From positions 403,832-467,831 of the forward strand of contig WELB01000003.1 of the NCBI GenBank assembly GCA_009602725.1: 64,000 bases of DNA, given 5' to 3'. Both the position numbers and the translations under genes were made by a program. Numbering within the stretch: position 1 is the first letter of the stretch; each line of letters starts with the position of its first letter. Below the pieces are notes generated by a model. That model was not told the DNA's origin, searched no databases, and was given only the letters and a program-made list of their open reading frames with translations. Of this stretch, positions 37,591 through 52,027 are shown one piece after another. This stretch comes from Spirogloea muscicola (Eukaryota).

Positions 37591-39090
37591 CGTTGGAAAT
37601 AGGAGTCCATGACAGCCTAAGTGCGGAAGCTCGAAGGGGTCGCTTAAGTGAGGGCTAAACGACAGCGTCTGGGCAGCAGCTGAGAGCGGGGATGCGGGGA
37701 GCAGTGGTGCTGGGAGCAAGGCAGGAGGGGGCAAAGCCTGGGTGTGAAGAACCTCAGCTTGACTCACTGAGGGGGGGCCTGTGCCCCTCTTTTGTATGGA
37801 CTGTTCAATGCCCGTGCCAGGCGCGTCTACGAGTCTGAGATCTCTAGTATCCGATATCCGGCTTCCAGTATCCCATATCCGGTATCCAGTATCCGGTATC
37901 CGGTATTCAGTATTCGGTATCCAATATCCAGTATCCGGTATCCGGTATCCAGTATCCAGTATCCGAGCTGTACTGAGTCTGATACTGTAATCTGATATTG
38001 TCATCTACCTGGGTTTGGTCAGCACTATGGCTTTGCATCAGCCAAGTCTACCCAATAGCCATAGAGGTTAACCCAAGATTCGCAACACTCCACCTTAGAC
38101 TGCTGATGGAATGGAATCCTCTGACTAGTTCTGAGGGATGCAAGCCTTCCTGACATGGACAGGCCACAGGCAACCTCCTAGCCACTTCTAGCTAAGCCAA
38201 GCATGGGACCGAATTTCTCATGCAAGCTAGCTGGCACCACTTTGGTCAGCATATCAGCTGATTGATCTTTAGTGGGTACAAATCGGAACTCTACAGTTCC
38301 ACTGCCAACTACGTCTCTCACGAAATGGTGCTGTATATCAATATGCTCGGTTCTACCAAAATATAGGGGGTTCTTGGTGAGGGAGATGGCACCCAAGTTG
38401 TCGGAGAAGATTGTTGTTGCAGTCGTCTATGGATAGCCCAGTCCCTTGAGCAGATGCCTCAGCTACAAGGCTTCCTCGGTGGCTTGAGTGCAGGCCATGT
38501 ACTCTGCTTCGGTACTCGAGAGCGCCCCAGTCTTCTGAAGCTTGGACGCCCAGCTCACAGCTCCACCTGCAAGAGAGAAAATGTAGCCAGTGGTGCTCCT
38601 CCTTGTCACCTCGGTTCCCCAGTATGAGTCGGAGAAGCCTTGCAGGATGATGCCGTCCTCGCCTCCCTCGAAGACGAGGTTGAAGTCAGCTGTCCCCTTG
38701 AGGTACTTCGGGAGAGTCTTCACTGCGGTCCAATGCTTGTGCTCTGGTGCGCTCATGTGCTGGCTCAGCTGCCCTACAGCTGCTGCTACATCTGGCCTTG
38801 AGCCCACCATGAGATACACGATGCTACCCACTGCTTCAGCAAAGGGAAAAGAATTCTCTGTCTCCTCGTTGCGCTTCGCCAGGCTGTGCTTCAGCCTGTT
38901 GCGGTCTCTGCAGGCGGTTGTCGTGGGTGTGCTGTCCTCCATCTTGTAATTCTTCCTTCATCTTGAAACCTGCCGCCAGCTGCTCCTTGACACGCATCAT
39001 CTCCACCTTGCTGTTTGACATGAGCAGCAAGTCGTCCTGATACAGGGCAAGGTAGACCTTCTCTCCACCTGGACTTCTCTTGGTGTAGAC
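37591..39090 (-). mobile_element. Ty1/copia 3' remnant: RT end, RNase H, PPT and 3' LTR (37591-38087)
   Basis: LYQDDLLL, AVGSIVYLMVGSRPDV, SSTEAEY, HIDIQHHFVRD; PPT AAGGTGGAG followed by TGTTG; LTR end CCAACG. Confidence 0.85.
37845..37965. repeat. 7-bp tandem repeat (GTATCCR)n inside the copia LTR
   Basis: Directly visible run of GTATCCA/GTATCCG units. Confidence 0.9.
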
Positions 39091-40221
39091 CTCTGTATGC
39101 CAAGGTGAGCGCATGGCAAGGTCCCGATCTGGAGCAGTGCGACCGTGGGCAAATGCTGACTGGCCACTCGTAGCTTGCGAGAGTCGACAGCATGCTTTCA
39201 GTGGTCTGCTGCAGCATGGCTTCGGCTGCACGATATTGCACTCGTCAAGGTGACATCCTAAAGCACACACAGGACTCAAGAAGTGCAAGCATGTAGATTC
39301 GTGTGGACACATTACGGTGGTACATTGCAAATCAAGGAGATGATTGCAGACTGAGCCCAATGGTTAAAAGCTTGAAGCCAAGTGGGACAATCATAGCGGG
39401 TCCTAGGAAGTCATTCTGTCCAGTGACTCGGATCAGTAAGACACGCCCTGACTTGAAGCAAGACCTAGGGTAAGAGCAGTTTGACTTCAATGGGCGTCAA
39501 CACATAAGCTGCTTCATTGTGGTGCTCATTTTGCCATAGCTAGACCGCCTCAATGAGGGTTGTTAAATGGTCATATGGCAAGCACCTGAATAAAGGGAGG
39601 ACATGTGGCTTTAAACGCACGTGGGTGCAAGCCTCAACCACATTTTGGGAAAGGCCTGGTTGGAATACTAGAGCAGGCAATCCAGTCTACGCGTGATGAC
39701 CACGATTCCCACAAGCTACCACAGTGAGCTGTGATATTGGACATTCCAGAAGCGTAACCATGTCAAGCAATCTTGTAGCAGATCATCATGCAGGTTGGCC
39801 TGGCACTGCGCGAATTACATTTGACAGGTGACCATTATGTAGCAGTCTCGTCATAAGCCGGCCAACATTGCTTATCGTGTATCAGTAGCGGGTGTGAGTG
39901 GAATGAATCCAAGCCAGGTACTCCAGGATTGATTTTAATATATCAGAACAGTCAAGGACCCATCAGAAGCACAACCGTAAGTGTGTGCAAGAGCATGCAC
40001 TGTCGGGGCATGATGTTGTGACGTGATAATCGGTACAAACAGATGGGAATCTCAAACCAGTTGGCAAGAGGGTTGGGCCCTTTGCCATTCTCCGTTTAGA
40101 TGTCCCCACATGGCCCTGATAGTAAGTGAGATCGAATCATTATCAAAACCCCTCAAGGGTTGGGCTTCCAGGAGAAGCAGTACCTGTGAGGATCAAATGT
40201 ACATCAGAGAGGGACAGCTGC

Positions 40222-40580
40222 TTAAGAGTTCAGCGGCAGCCCTGCATGGACTGAAAAGCCTTTGGTCAGCAAGCGCAAGGTGGATTCTCGGGCAGAAGGG
40301 AAGGCCGCCGAGGAAGAGGAAGTATGGTCGCGGTTCAGGGTAGCGTCGGGCGGTGGCGCGGCAGGCTGGGGCTGGCGGCGCAGCGCTTCCTGCTGCGCTT
40401 CGTAGGCCTCCACCTGGTCGTCGTAGACGTCCCAGACGCAGCGCACGCAGCCAGACTGGCAGCAGTCTTCGGGGCCGGGCTCCGCAGGCGGGCGGAGGAG
40501 GCGGGGGGCGGGGGCGGCGGCGGGGAGGAGGCGCAGCGGCGCAGGGGCGCGGAGGCGGCGCGGGGGGGCAGCCGGCGCAT
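40222..40580 (-). CDS. Oxidoreductase-like domain protein (OXLD1-like)
   Basis: PAEPGPEDCCQSGCVRCVWDVYDDQVEAY motif. Start uncertain; probable frameshift in a C-run. Confidence 0.75.
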
Positions 40581-41137
40581 GGCGGGGGCGAGTGCGACTG
40601 CTGATATCCGAAGAGCGGCTGAGAAAGCCAGCCAGATGCAAACGGCGGAGCCACAGGTCAGGCAGTCACGGCGCTCTTACTACCACCGTGTCAGCGAAAA
40701 GGGCTGCGACGAGCCAGCAGACAGAAGTACGGCAAGGTGGAAAGCTAATGTGGCTGGCCTCTCACAGCCATCCCTCGCCGCCTTGGGACGAGATCACTTC
40801 TCCTCTGTCTGAGACTAGTTTCTGCGACGTGCGGCTGCTCAGCAGGGCATATTGCCGCCGCGGCTCTTGCCCAGGTATTTCACATGCTGCTCTCCGTCAC
40901 CTTTCAGCATAACCAGGCTCATATAGTGCACTTGCAGGCAGGCCGCGCTTTGGCTGCTGGTTCTGGGTTTCGTTGGCGTAACTCTTACTTATTGCAACAG
41001 AGACGTGCCCATGAGCTATGGCATCTCGGTGCCAGGTGTGATGGGCCCACAAACGTGGAGGTGACATGATATGCCATACACAGCTTGGGCAGGTCCAGAA
41101 TTTGGAAAAGGTGAGCCTATTTACAATCTCAGGAAGC

Positions 41138-43720
<2,583 letters not shown>

Positions 43721-44039
43721 GGCGTCGGGTGGGCAGAGCGCCGAATGAGGGGGGATTTGCCAGCACGAAGATCCAACCCTCCCAGAAACAGGCGATGGCT
43801 GTGAGATGTGACGCAGGTCCTTCGAAGGCGGCTGGGGCTGTCGAAGAGACGGGACTCTGGCTTTCGTTAGCAAAATAGCCGTGAGGGTACACGTAAGTCA
43901 TCTTCCCCGCCACCGCCCCTTGGCTCCGCGGCTCGCCGGCCGGCCCGCCGCAAAGTTGCCGCGGCGGCAGCCTCCGACGACGACGACGCCGACGACGACG
44001 CTTCCGGCACGCCGTGCGCAACGGCTGCGCAGCCTCGCC

Positions 44040-44497
44040 TGAGCTGGGCCTCCGAGGCTGCTGGCGCGCTGCGCGGCGCTTCGCCGACCCAGGGGACTGG
44101 TAGGCCGCCGGGGGACCAAGCCTCGCACTTCTCCGCCCGGGTGGTCAGGCTGAGAGGGCCAGCTCTGCTGGAAGGTGGCGAAGGCAACCATCACGGCGTC
44201 CGGGCTGCCGACAAGTGTGTGTGTGTGGTGTCATCGGCAAAGGTGGGAAGCAGGACACCCTGCTGCGGCGCGGCGGTGGCCTTCAAGACGCCTTCCCCTC
44301 CCTTGTACCATTTTCTCGATTGGGCTATGGCCAACCCAGCAACCCTGGCGGACAGGGAGCAACCAGGTGGAGGCTTTGCAGTCCACGTCAGGCACGTGGC
44401 AGGCAGAACCCCTGGTGGGCTTTTCCCCGACAAGTGTGGCGTCGTCGGCAAAGGAGGGAAGCAGGACACCCGGGTGCGCCGCGGCGGTGGCCTTTAG
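44040..44497 (-). pseudogene. CRE-like non-LTR RT fragment, inverted copy
   Basis: GVLLPTFADD and EKCEAWSP; inverted homolog of 44540-44900. Confidence 0.65.
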
Positions 44498-44539
44498 GGC
44501 GCGGTTGTGAGCCAGCTAAAGAAAAAGCCCGCCACAAAG

Positions 44540-46540
44540 AAAAGGTCCGCCAGGGGGTCTCCCTGCCGCGTGCCCGTCGTGGACTGCAGAATCTCCACTT
44601 GGTCGCTCCCTGTCCGCCAGATGAGGGTGCTGGGTTCGCCAAGCCATAGCTCAGTCGGTGGAATGGTACAACAGAGGGGAAGTCATCTTGAAGGCCACCG
44701 CCGCGGCGCGACCAGGTGTCCTGCTTCCCACCTATGCCGACGACAACACACACACACAAACTTGTCGGCAGCCCGGACGATGTGATGGCTGCCCTCCGAC
44801 CTTCCAGCAGCAGCTGGCCTCTAGCAGCCTGACCACTCGGGAGGAGAAGGCGGCTTGGCCCCCCCCGCTGCCTCCCAGTCCCCTTGGCGCTGCCCCCCGG
44901 GTGCCTGACTCCTTCGGGCGGCCTCTGCCGCTCCCCCTCGGTATGCCGTTGTTTGCGGAGGAGTAGCTGCGAGCCCGGCTTCAGGGCACCTGCAGCCTGC
45001 GGCGCGCCTCCCTGAGCTGCAGGATATGCAGCTGGCATTGGCCATGCTCTCCAAAAGCATCGCGCAATGGCCCCAGTACCTGGCCCTGGATACCCCGCCA
45101 TCTCCAGAGGCGCTGGCAGCGCACGCAGCGTTCGACTCTGTTTTGGTGGCGAGCCTCGTGGCTCTGGTCCGCCACCAGGGCTTCCTCCAATCGCCAGCTG
45201 CCCTGCATCAGGCGCACTGCCCCTCCACTACGCAACCTCGGCTTCCACTTGCTCGCCGGCGCATGCAATGCTGCGTATGTGGGCAGCTGGGCGCAGATCG
45301 CCACTTCGGTGTCTAAGCCACTTCTTGGGATGGCTTGCGCTGGAGCAGGCGGTGGTGGAGGTGGGTACGGGTGCGCAGTCATATTAGGTGTCGTTCCGCT
45401 CGGCCCACCAGGAGATGCTGGCGGAGCACTAGGACCTGGCCGGAAAGGCGGTCAGTTGTGAGCATCGTGGCTTACCGCTGACCTGCGCGTGCAAGCGCAC
45501 TACACGGCCGAGCGTGATAGGGCGGCCTTCGTGACCTCCCTGCAGCTGCTTCCAAAGCCCGACCTGCGAGGACGTGCTCACTGCGGTTGGCTTCCTGGGC
45601 AGCGGCATGGCTGATGGCCCTCCCTCTCAACGACGCTCTCCGAATCCTGGACGAGGCCTTCCGGACAGCCGTCCACCGTCTCCTTGGTCTGCCGCCGCCC
45701 TGCCTCCAGGGGGTGGTATAGTGCGAGTATGGCGAGCGGGGGCCGAGACCTCGGAGCTGGCTGCGCACTTCCTCCTCCGATGTGCGCACGGTGGCGAGCA
45801 GACGGCAATTCACGACCTCCTCCACGACGCCATGCATGGCATCTTTGTGGAGGCAGGCTTCTCGGTGGCCCCCAAGAACTCCTCGGTCATGCCGCTCTAG
45901 CAGAAGGGCGACAGCCTCCAAGCCAGGCGAGTCGACCTACTGGCCACTCCACTGGCTGGTGGACTGCGCCTCATAGTGATGACCGACTATTATTCGACCG
46001 CGGCCCCCCACTCTCTCTGCCCCCAAGGCAGGGCATGCAGTGGCCTGTGCTGCCCTGATCAAAGCATTGAAGTAAGCTGACCATCCCCGGGAGGACCACG
46101 ACTTCCCCCTAGCCAGTGATGTCCACACGGGCTGTTCGGCGCTTGGTGGCTCGAGTTCCTACACCGTTTCTCGCGCAGCGCTGTGTCCCGCCGTTACCAT
46201 GGGGAGCAGGCTGACTTCAGCGTGGCAGGCTCTCTCGCTCAGGTGTATCACATGCGCCTGTCAGTCTCGCTGCAGCCGTCGATGGCACACGCGTTGCATC
46301 TGCGTGCCAATCGCGCTTTGGCTGCAGCCTCTGGCTCGGGCCAGGGGACCCGCTCCCTGGAGACTAGTTTCTCTGACCTGCGGCTGCTCAACAGGTGTTA
46401 TTGAGTGGCTAGTGGCCACTTGAGTCGCTGTGTGCTGTAGCGCTATTCTGGCCCCTTCAAACTTTGTTCATTTCTTTTTCTGGGCTGGCCGCTCAAAGCC
46501 ATCGCCCTCTACTGGAAGGCCATCGCCCTCTACTCTTGCC
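44540..46540 (+). mobile_element. Degenerate CRE-like non-LTR retrotransposon (RT, thumb, zinc finger, RLE, 3' UTR)
   Basis: VRQG, LPTYADD, LQDMQLALAMLSK..YLALDTPP, HFLLRC..GGEQTAIHD..AGFSV, RVDLL, GHAVA..K..K, RLSVSLQ..AHAL; ORF stop at 46404. Confidence 0.7.
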
Positions 46541-48440
46541 TACGCCGTTCACGCGCGAGCAGGCCGTGCTATGGCTGTCGCCTCTGGGTGTCGGCGGAGT
46601 GCCTCTTTCCCTGCTGCGAGCTACTCCGACCTAATGTTGCTCACTCGTGGGTACTGAGCTTCAGAGAAGGGCTTGCCCATTGAGGATAGGGGCTGGAAAA
46701 AGCCAGCCCAGAAAAGATGAACAAAGGACGAGAAGGGGCCAGGGGAAAGTACGAAGAACAACAAGCACTAAAGAAGAAGAAGTGGCTCTCCCAATGGGGG
46801 CAAGGGCTGTGAGAAGCCAGCCCGAAAAGAATTGACAAGGTTCGAAGGGGCCAAACTACGAGCTAAGCAGCGACTGCGGGGCCTGAAGAGGCTATGGCAG
46901 AACGGGGGAGGATGGACCAGTTAGTAGTTACGAGTGAGGAGCCTCATATCCGACAGACTAGCTGCCGGTAGACTATCCCCCTGACGAAAGCCGGAGGCCG
47001 CAGCGAGAGCACGGCCAGCACGCAGATGCAAGGCGTGGGCCATGGACCGCTGGAGGGAGACGGACAAGCGCAAGAGAAACGAAGCAGCTACGAAGCACTC
47101 AGTAACCCCTGCTAAGCAGCCTCAGGTCAGAGAGACTGGGTTCCTGGAAGCGGGTCCCCTGGCCAGAGCCAGAGGCAGCAGCGAGGGCTCTGCCTGCACG
47201 CAGGTGCAGCGCGCGGGCTTCCCTCTGCATCGTCTCGTGTTTTGTAGTGTTTTGCTGTGGAGTCCTTTTTCCTTGTTGTTCTTCGTACTTCCCCTGGCCC
47301 CTTCTCGTCCGTTGTTCATTCTTTTCTGGGCTGGCTTTTCCAGCTCTATCCTCAATGGGCGAGCCCTTCTCTCTTTTTCCTTTGGCTTTGGACATTGCCA
47401 TTCTTTTTTGGGCTGGCTTTGCCCTTCCCTTTCTTGTGGTTATTGTGGTTACGGAGGCCTATAAAGGTCCAGCATCGACACACATCGCTGGCCACGCAGT
47501 GGGCAGTGCTGAACAAAGAAAGTTGCAGCACTACTCCGATTACCCCCGATGTGATCAGCTCTTGCCAGCGGCAATCGACATCTTTGGCTGCTTAGGTCCC
47601 TTGCCCACGCCGTCCATACGCGCGCAGGCCGTGCTATGGCCGCCGCCTCTGGGTCTCGGCGGAGCGCCTCCTTCCCTGCAGCGAGCTACTCAGACCTGAT
47701 GTTGCTCACTCGTGGGTACTGAGCTTTCCTCTGCATCGTTTCTGTGTTCTGCAGTATGTTGTAGTGTAGTCCTTTCTCCGGGTCCTCGTTTCCTTACTCT
47801 CCTTCAAAACATAGCCAATCTAGGCTACACACGACATGCAGATGTGTTCCCGGCTGAGATGGGCTTGCCAGCTGCTTATCTGTCGTTGTTGCGACGACGA
47901 GTTTCGGCCTGTTTGCAGCATGCTCAGGTGCATGCTCAGGCTAATGCTTAGCACCAGAAAGCTGGGCGAGCTCTAGTTGGTGGCAGAAGAAGTGGCTCTC
48001 CCAATGGGGGCAAGGGCTGTGAGAAGCCAGCCCGAAAAGAATTGACAAGGTTCGAAGGGGCCAAACTACGAGCTAAGCAGCGACTGCGGGGCCTGAAGAG
48101 GCTATGGCAGAACGGGGGAGGATGGACCACTTAGTAGTTACGAGTGAGAAGGGCAGAAGGGCTTCGTATCTGCCATCTAGTATCCAGGCATCGGTTAGCG
48201 ACCTTTATGTTTTGACCCGTGGTTACTAAACGGGTCAATCTACTGTAGCTTATGTAGGTCTTAAAGATGTGCTTGCCTTTGTACTTGGCCATTTGGCCTT
48301 CGTTTGTTTCAAATACACGATATTCCCTTTCCCCCCCTAGATGCAAGCAGTGCTACGTCATTTGATGTGCTTTGCCTTTGTAATTGGCCATTTTGGCCTT
48401 CGATTGTTTCAAATACACGAAACCTTTCCTTCTGAGAAGA
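46540..48440. repeat. Cluster of nested, 5'-truncated CRE-like 3' ends
   Basis: 46775-47030, 47990-48151 and 51552-51786 are near-identical over their shared length; 47430-48340 matches 61310-61830 piecewise. Confidence 0.75.
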
Positions 48441-48647
48441 GCCGCTTCATCATTGCACAGCGATCGCCCCGTTGCGGGGAAGAAGCTGGCTCCACTGCAC
48501 CGCCCCGCACCGCCGCCGCCCCCCCCAGAACCTGCGCGACAGGCAAGCCCGCGCCCCTGTCCCCGGCTGCCCGGCCTGCCCCGCCAGCCCCCATGACGCC
48601 CCCCGCCGCGCCGCCCTCCGCCCGCCGCGCCTGACGCGCGCGCCGCC

Positions 48648-50122
48648 ATGCGCCGCCCTCCTCCCGCGCCCACCTTCAAAGTCGTGCTCCTGGGCGAAGG
48701 TCACCTCCGCCTCCACCCCCTCCGCCCTTCTGGCGCGCCTCCTGCCCTCTTTCTGCCCGTCTCATGATCCCTTCTCTCCTTGGCCAGGGCGCGTCGGCAA
48801 GACCTCGCTGCTCGTCCGCTACGTGCACGACGCCTTCTCCGAGCAGCAGCCAGCCACCGTCCAGGCCGGCTTCCTCTCCAAGCGCGTCCTCGTCGGCTCG
48901 CAGCCTGTCAACCTCGCCATCTGGGTGAGGCTCACCATGAACCCTGCTCGGCACCAACAACAAGTGCAGCCGGTAACAAATTTGCTCACGTCATCTGCCC
49001 TACTTGGTGGCCCCCAGGACACTGCTGGGCAGGAGCGCTTTCACGCCCTGGGCCCAATTTACTACCGCGATGCAGACGGTACACGATCACCCCAGTCTAA
49101 ACTGTAGCAATAAAATTGAGAACAGTAGAGACCGATGATTTGCAAGTATGCATCACTCAGGGGCTCCAACACTGGCGCTTCCAAGCGTACACTTTGTAGC
49201 TCCTCTTTTGAGCTATATCTGCTGCTGAGGTCGCAGTCTGCTGTTACACGCTTCCACCAACTCAAAGAACACATTCCTGGTGTGCAGCTGCACTTTTGGT
49301 GTACGATATCACAGACAGAGACAGCTTTGAGCGGGTCAAGAGTTGGGTGAAAGAGCTACGGAAGATGGCCAACAAGGACATCCTGCTCACGGTTGCTGCC
49401 AACAAGTTTGACACGGATGTCCGCCAACATGCAGAACCCAGTGACGCCGAGAGGTTGGTGGCGTGGCCATGGCTAAGGGGTCAATATGGCTTGTGCAAAT
49501 TTGACTCTGGTATGATTGCCGACCATCGAGGATCAGTGGCTCTTCATGCAGGTATCGGGACATGCTGCAGGCGCAAATGCAAGCGTCAGCCTCTCGCTTG
49601 TTGTGTTGTGCTCTGAAGGAGTGCTTTGCTTTGCTTCAGTGTGTAGGGCTTGGCTTTCAGCCATGCACCTTTTTTAGTCACTTTTACAAGTCAGTTGCTT
49701 TGACTGCCTTGCATGCTTGTGCAGCTATGCGGAGTCAATAGGGGCCAAGTATTTCCGAACTTCGGCGAAGTTGGATTCTGGCATTGCAGACGCTTTTACA
49801 AGTATCAGTGAGCGTATGTCCACTTCCCTTTGCCTCATTGTTTCAGCGAGTACGTTGCACGACATTTCCGCGCTGTGTCATTGGCGTGTATGGTTGCTTG
49901 CACCTGCAAATCATTGAAGAGCATGGCATCACAAGGAGCGAGTTGTATCCAAAGGTGAGAGGATGTGGAAGACTCTGATATGGGTCAACCGTGGCAGGCC
50001 TTCTGGAGAGGAGCAAGGATCGTCCAACGGAGGTGGTGGCGATGCCACAGAGGAAAGGGGTGCTAATAGTGGATGAGAGACCGCGAGCAGAGCCAAGAGC
50101 AAGGCAGTCATGTTGTGTTTGA
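48648..50122 (+). CDS. RAB21: Rab21-type small GTPase, 6 exons
   Basis: FKVVLLGEGRVGKTSL, WDTAGQERFHALGPIYYRDAD, NKFD, TSAK, C-terminal CCV; GT-AG introns. Confidence 0.88.
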
Positions 50123-50519
50123 ATTAGACGCAAAGCCGAGGGACGCAAGAGGGGCTGCAAACATGCTCGACTGGCAGGCCCAAAAAGATGGCAGGCCCAA
50201 AAAGACTTCCTAGGAGGGGGTCCAGGCATGCCAGCAGAGTGCAGGGAAGGGGCCCAAGTCAGCACACCAAGTGCTTTCTGCAATGGAGAGCTTGTTCGGC
50301 CAGCATGAGAAGCCATGATTGAGCAGAGTGAGGGAGTAGAGGGAGGCCATGGAGGCAGCCTGATAGTGCAGTGACCTCCATCCGGCTTGTGCAGAGCAGG
50401 GAGATAGAACATGACCTTTCCTACACAACCTCCACAACCTATTGTATGGTATTAGTGCCATCTCCGCTCTCAGAGCGTGGTGATGGCTAGTGATGTGCTT
50501 GTTGCTGATTGACTTGCCC

Positions 50520-51965
50520 AATGAAGGAGAGGGGCAAAACAGTGGCTCTTCCAAGTGGCAGTGTAGCTGGCCAGTCCAGTGGAAAATTAAGAGGTGACCC
50601 TCCATATGTCAAGCAAGTGTACTGGGCAAGCCGCTCTATAGGCCGCGCTTTGGCTGCTACTACTGGGTTTCGTCCAGGTTTGGGTTTGGGTGTCTCTTTT
50701 CTAGCGGCAAGTTACTCCCACTTGCGGCTGCTGACTCGGGGCCACTAAGCTCCTGTTCGGTGTTGCCACTTGCATAGCTGGCATGGCACGATCATGAGAG
50801 GACTTAGTGGATCGCTGGTAGAACTTGCGAGGTCAGATGTTAGTTGGATTGCAAGATGATGTGGCTGCTACCTTGGAAGTCTTCGCTCTAAGTGTGGGAC
50901 AAGCGCGCCTTTCAAACCTTTGCCCCTTGTCAGTTCTTTACGGGCTGCCTTTTCACAACCTCGCCCTCTTTGATATAAGCTTACTTCTTTCACAGCCCTC
51001 GCCCCAATTGGAAGAGCTCATTTCCTTCTGTGCTTACCTTTGTACTCGGCCACTCAGGCCCTCCATCTTTTACCGTTTTTGCGACGTCGTGTGTCAGCCT
51101 TTTTGCAGCGAGCGCAGGCTCATGCTTTGCACGCAAGAGCTGGTCGAGCCTTAGCTTGATTCTTTTCGGGCTGGCTTCTCACAGCCCTTGCCCCCATTGG
51201 GAGAGCCACTTCCCTTAGCTGGTGGCACAAGGGTTTGTCACTTTGTCAGCTTAGCAGCAGGTGATGTACACCTGTCCATGTGCTTGCTTTCGTACTTGGC
51301 CACTGAGGCCCTCCATCACTCAATACACACTCCTAGTAGAAGAAAGGGCTCGCCCATTGAGGATAGGGGCTGGAAAAGCCAGCCCAAAAAGAGAATGAAC
51401 GACGTACGAGAAGGGGGCCAGGGGAAGCGCTAAGAAAACAAGCACAACAAGAAACAAAGCAGCTACGGATTACTCAGTAACCCCTGCTAAGCAGCCTCAG
51501 GTCAGAGAAGCTAGGCTCCTGGAAGTCCTTAGCACTCCCCCATTGAGGATAGAAGAAGTGGCTCTCCCAATGGGGGCAAGGGCTGTTAGAAGCCAGCCCG
51601 AAAAGAATGACAAGGTTCGAAGGGGCCAAAGTACGAGCTAAGCAGCGACTGTGGGGCCTGAAGAGGCTATGGCAGAACGGGGGAGGATGGACCGCTTAGT
51701 AGTTACGAGTGAGGAGCCTCACATCCGACAGACTAGCTGCCGGTAAACTATCCCCCTGACGAAAGCCGGAGGCCGCAGCGAGAGCATGAGGATAGGGGCC
51801 GGAACAAGCCAGCCCAGAAAAGAATGGACAAAGGACGAGAAGGGGCCAGGAAGTGGGTCCCCTGGGTCCGCTGGCCAGAGGCAGCAGCGGGGGTTAGACC
51901 TCTGCAGCGAGACGGCCAAGCGCATCCGGTACACCGATAGTAAGCAGCCACAGGTCAAAGAAACC
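50520..51965. repeat. Cluster of CRE-like 3'-end fragments
   Basis: RALAA..SY/FSxLRLL coding tail and GGGCTGG..CAGCC..TTGG(G/A)AGAGC 3' motif, in both orientations. Confidence 0.7.
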
Positions 51966-52027
51966 CCTGGAGAAACCCCTTCCAGCCAGGGCCGGGGGCC
52001 GCCCTGGCCCCGCCCGCCCGGCCGGCC

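Noticed and set aside
37450..38004. 184-aa ORF with IPDTGYR repeats
   Set aside because: Translation of a 7-bp tandem repeat in the copia LTR.
39100..40200. Possible additional exons or gene
   Set aside because: No recognisable coding motif.
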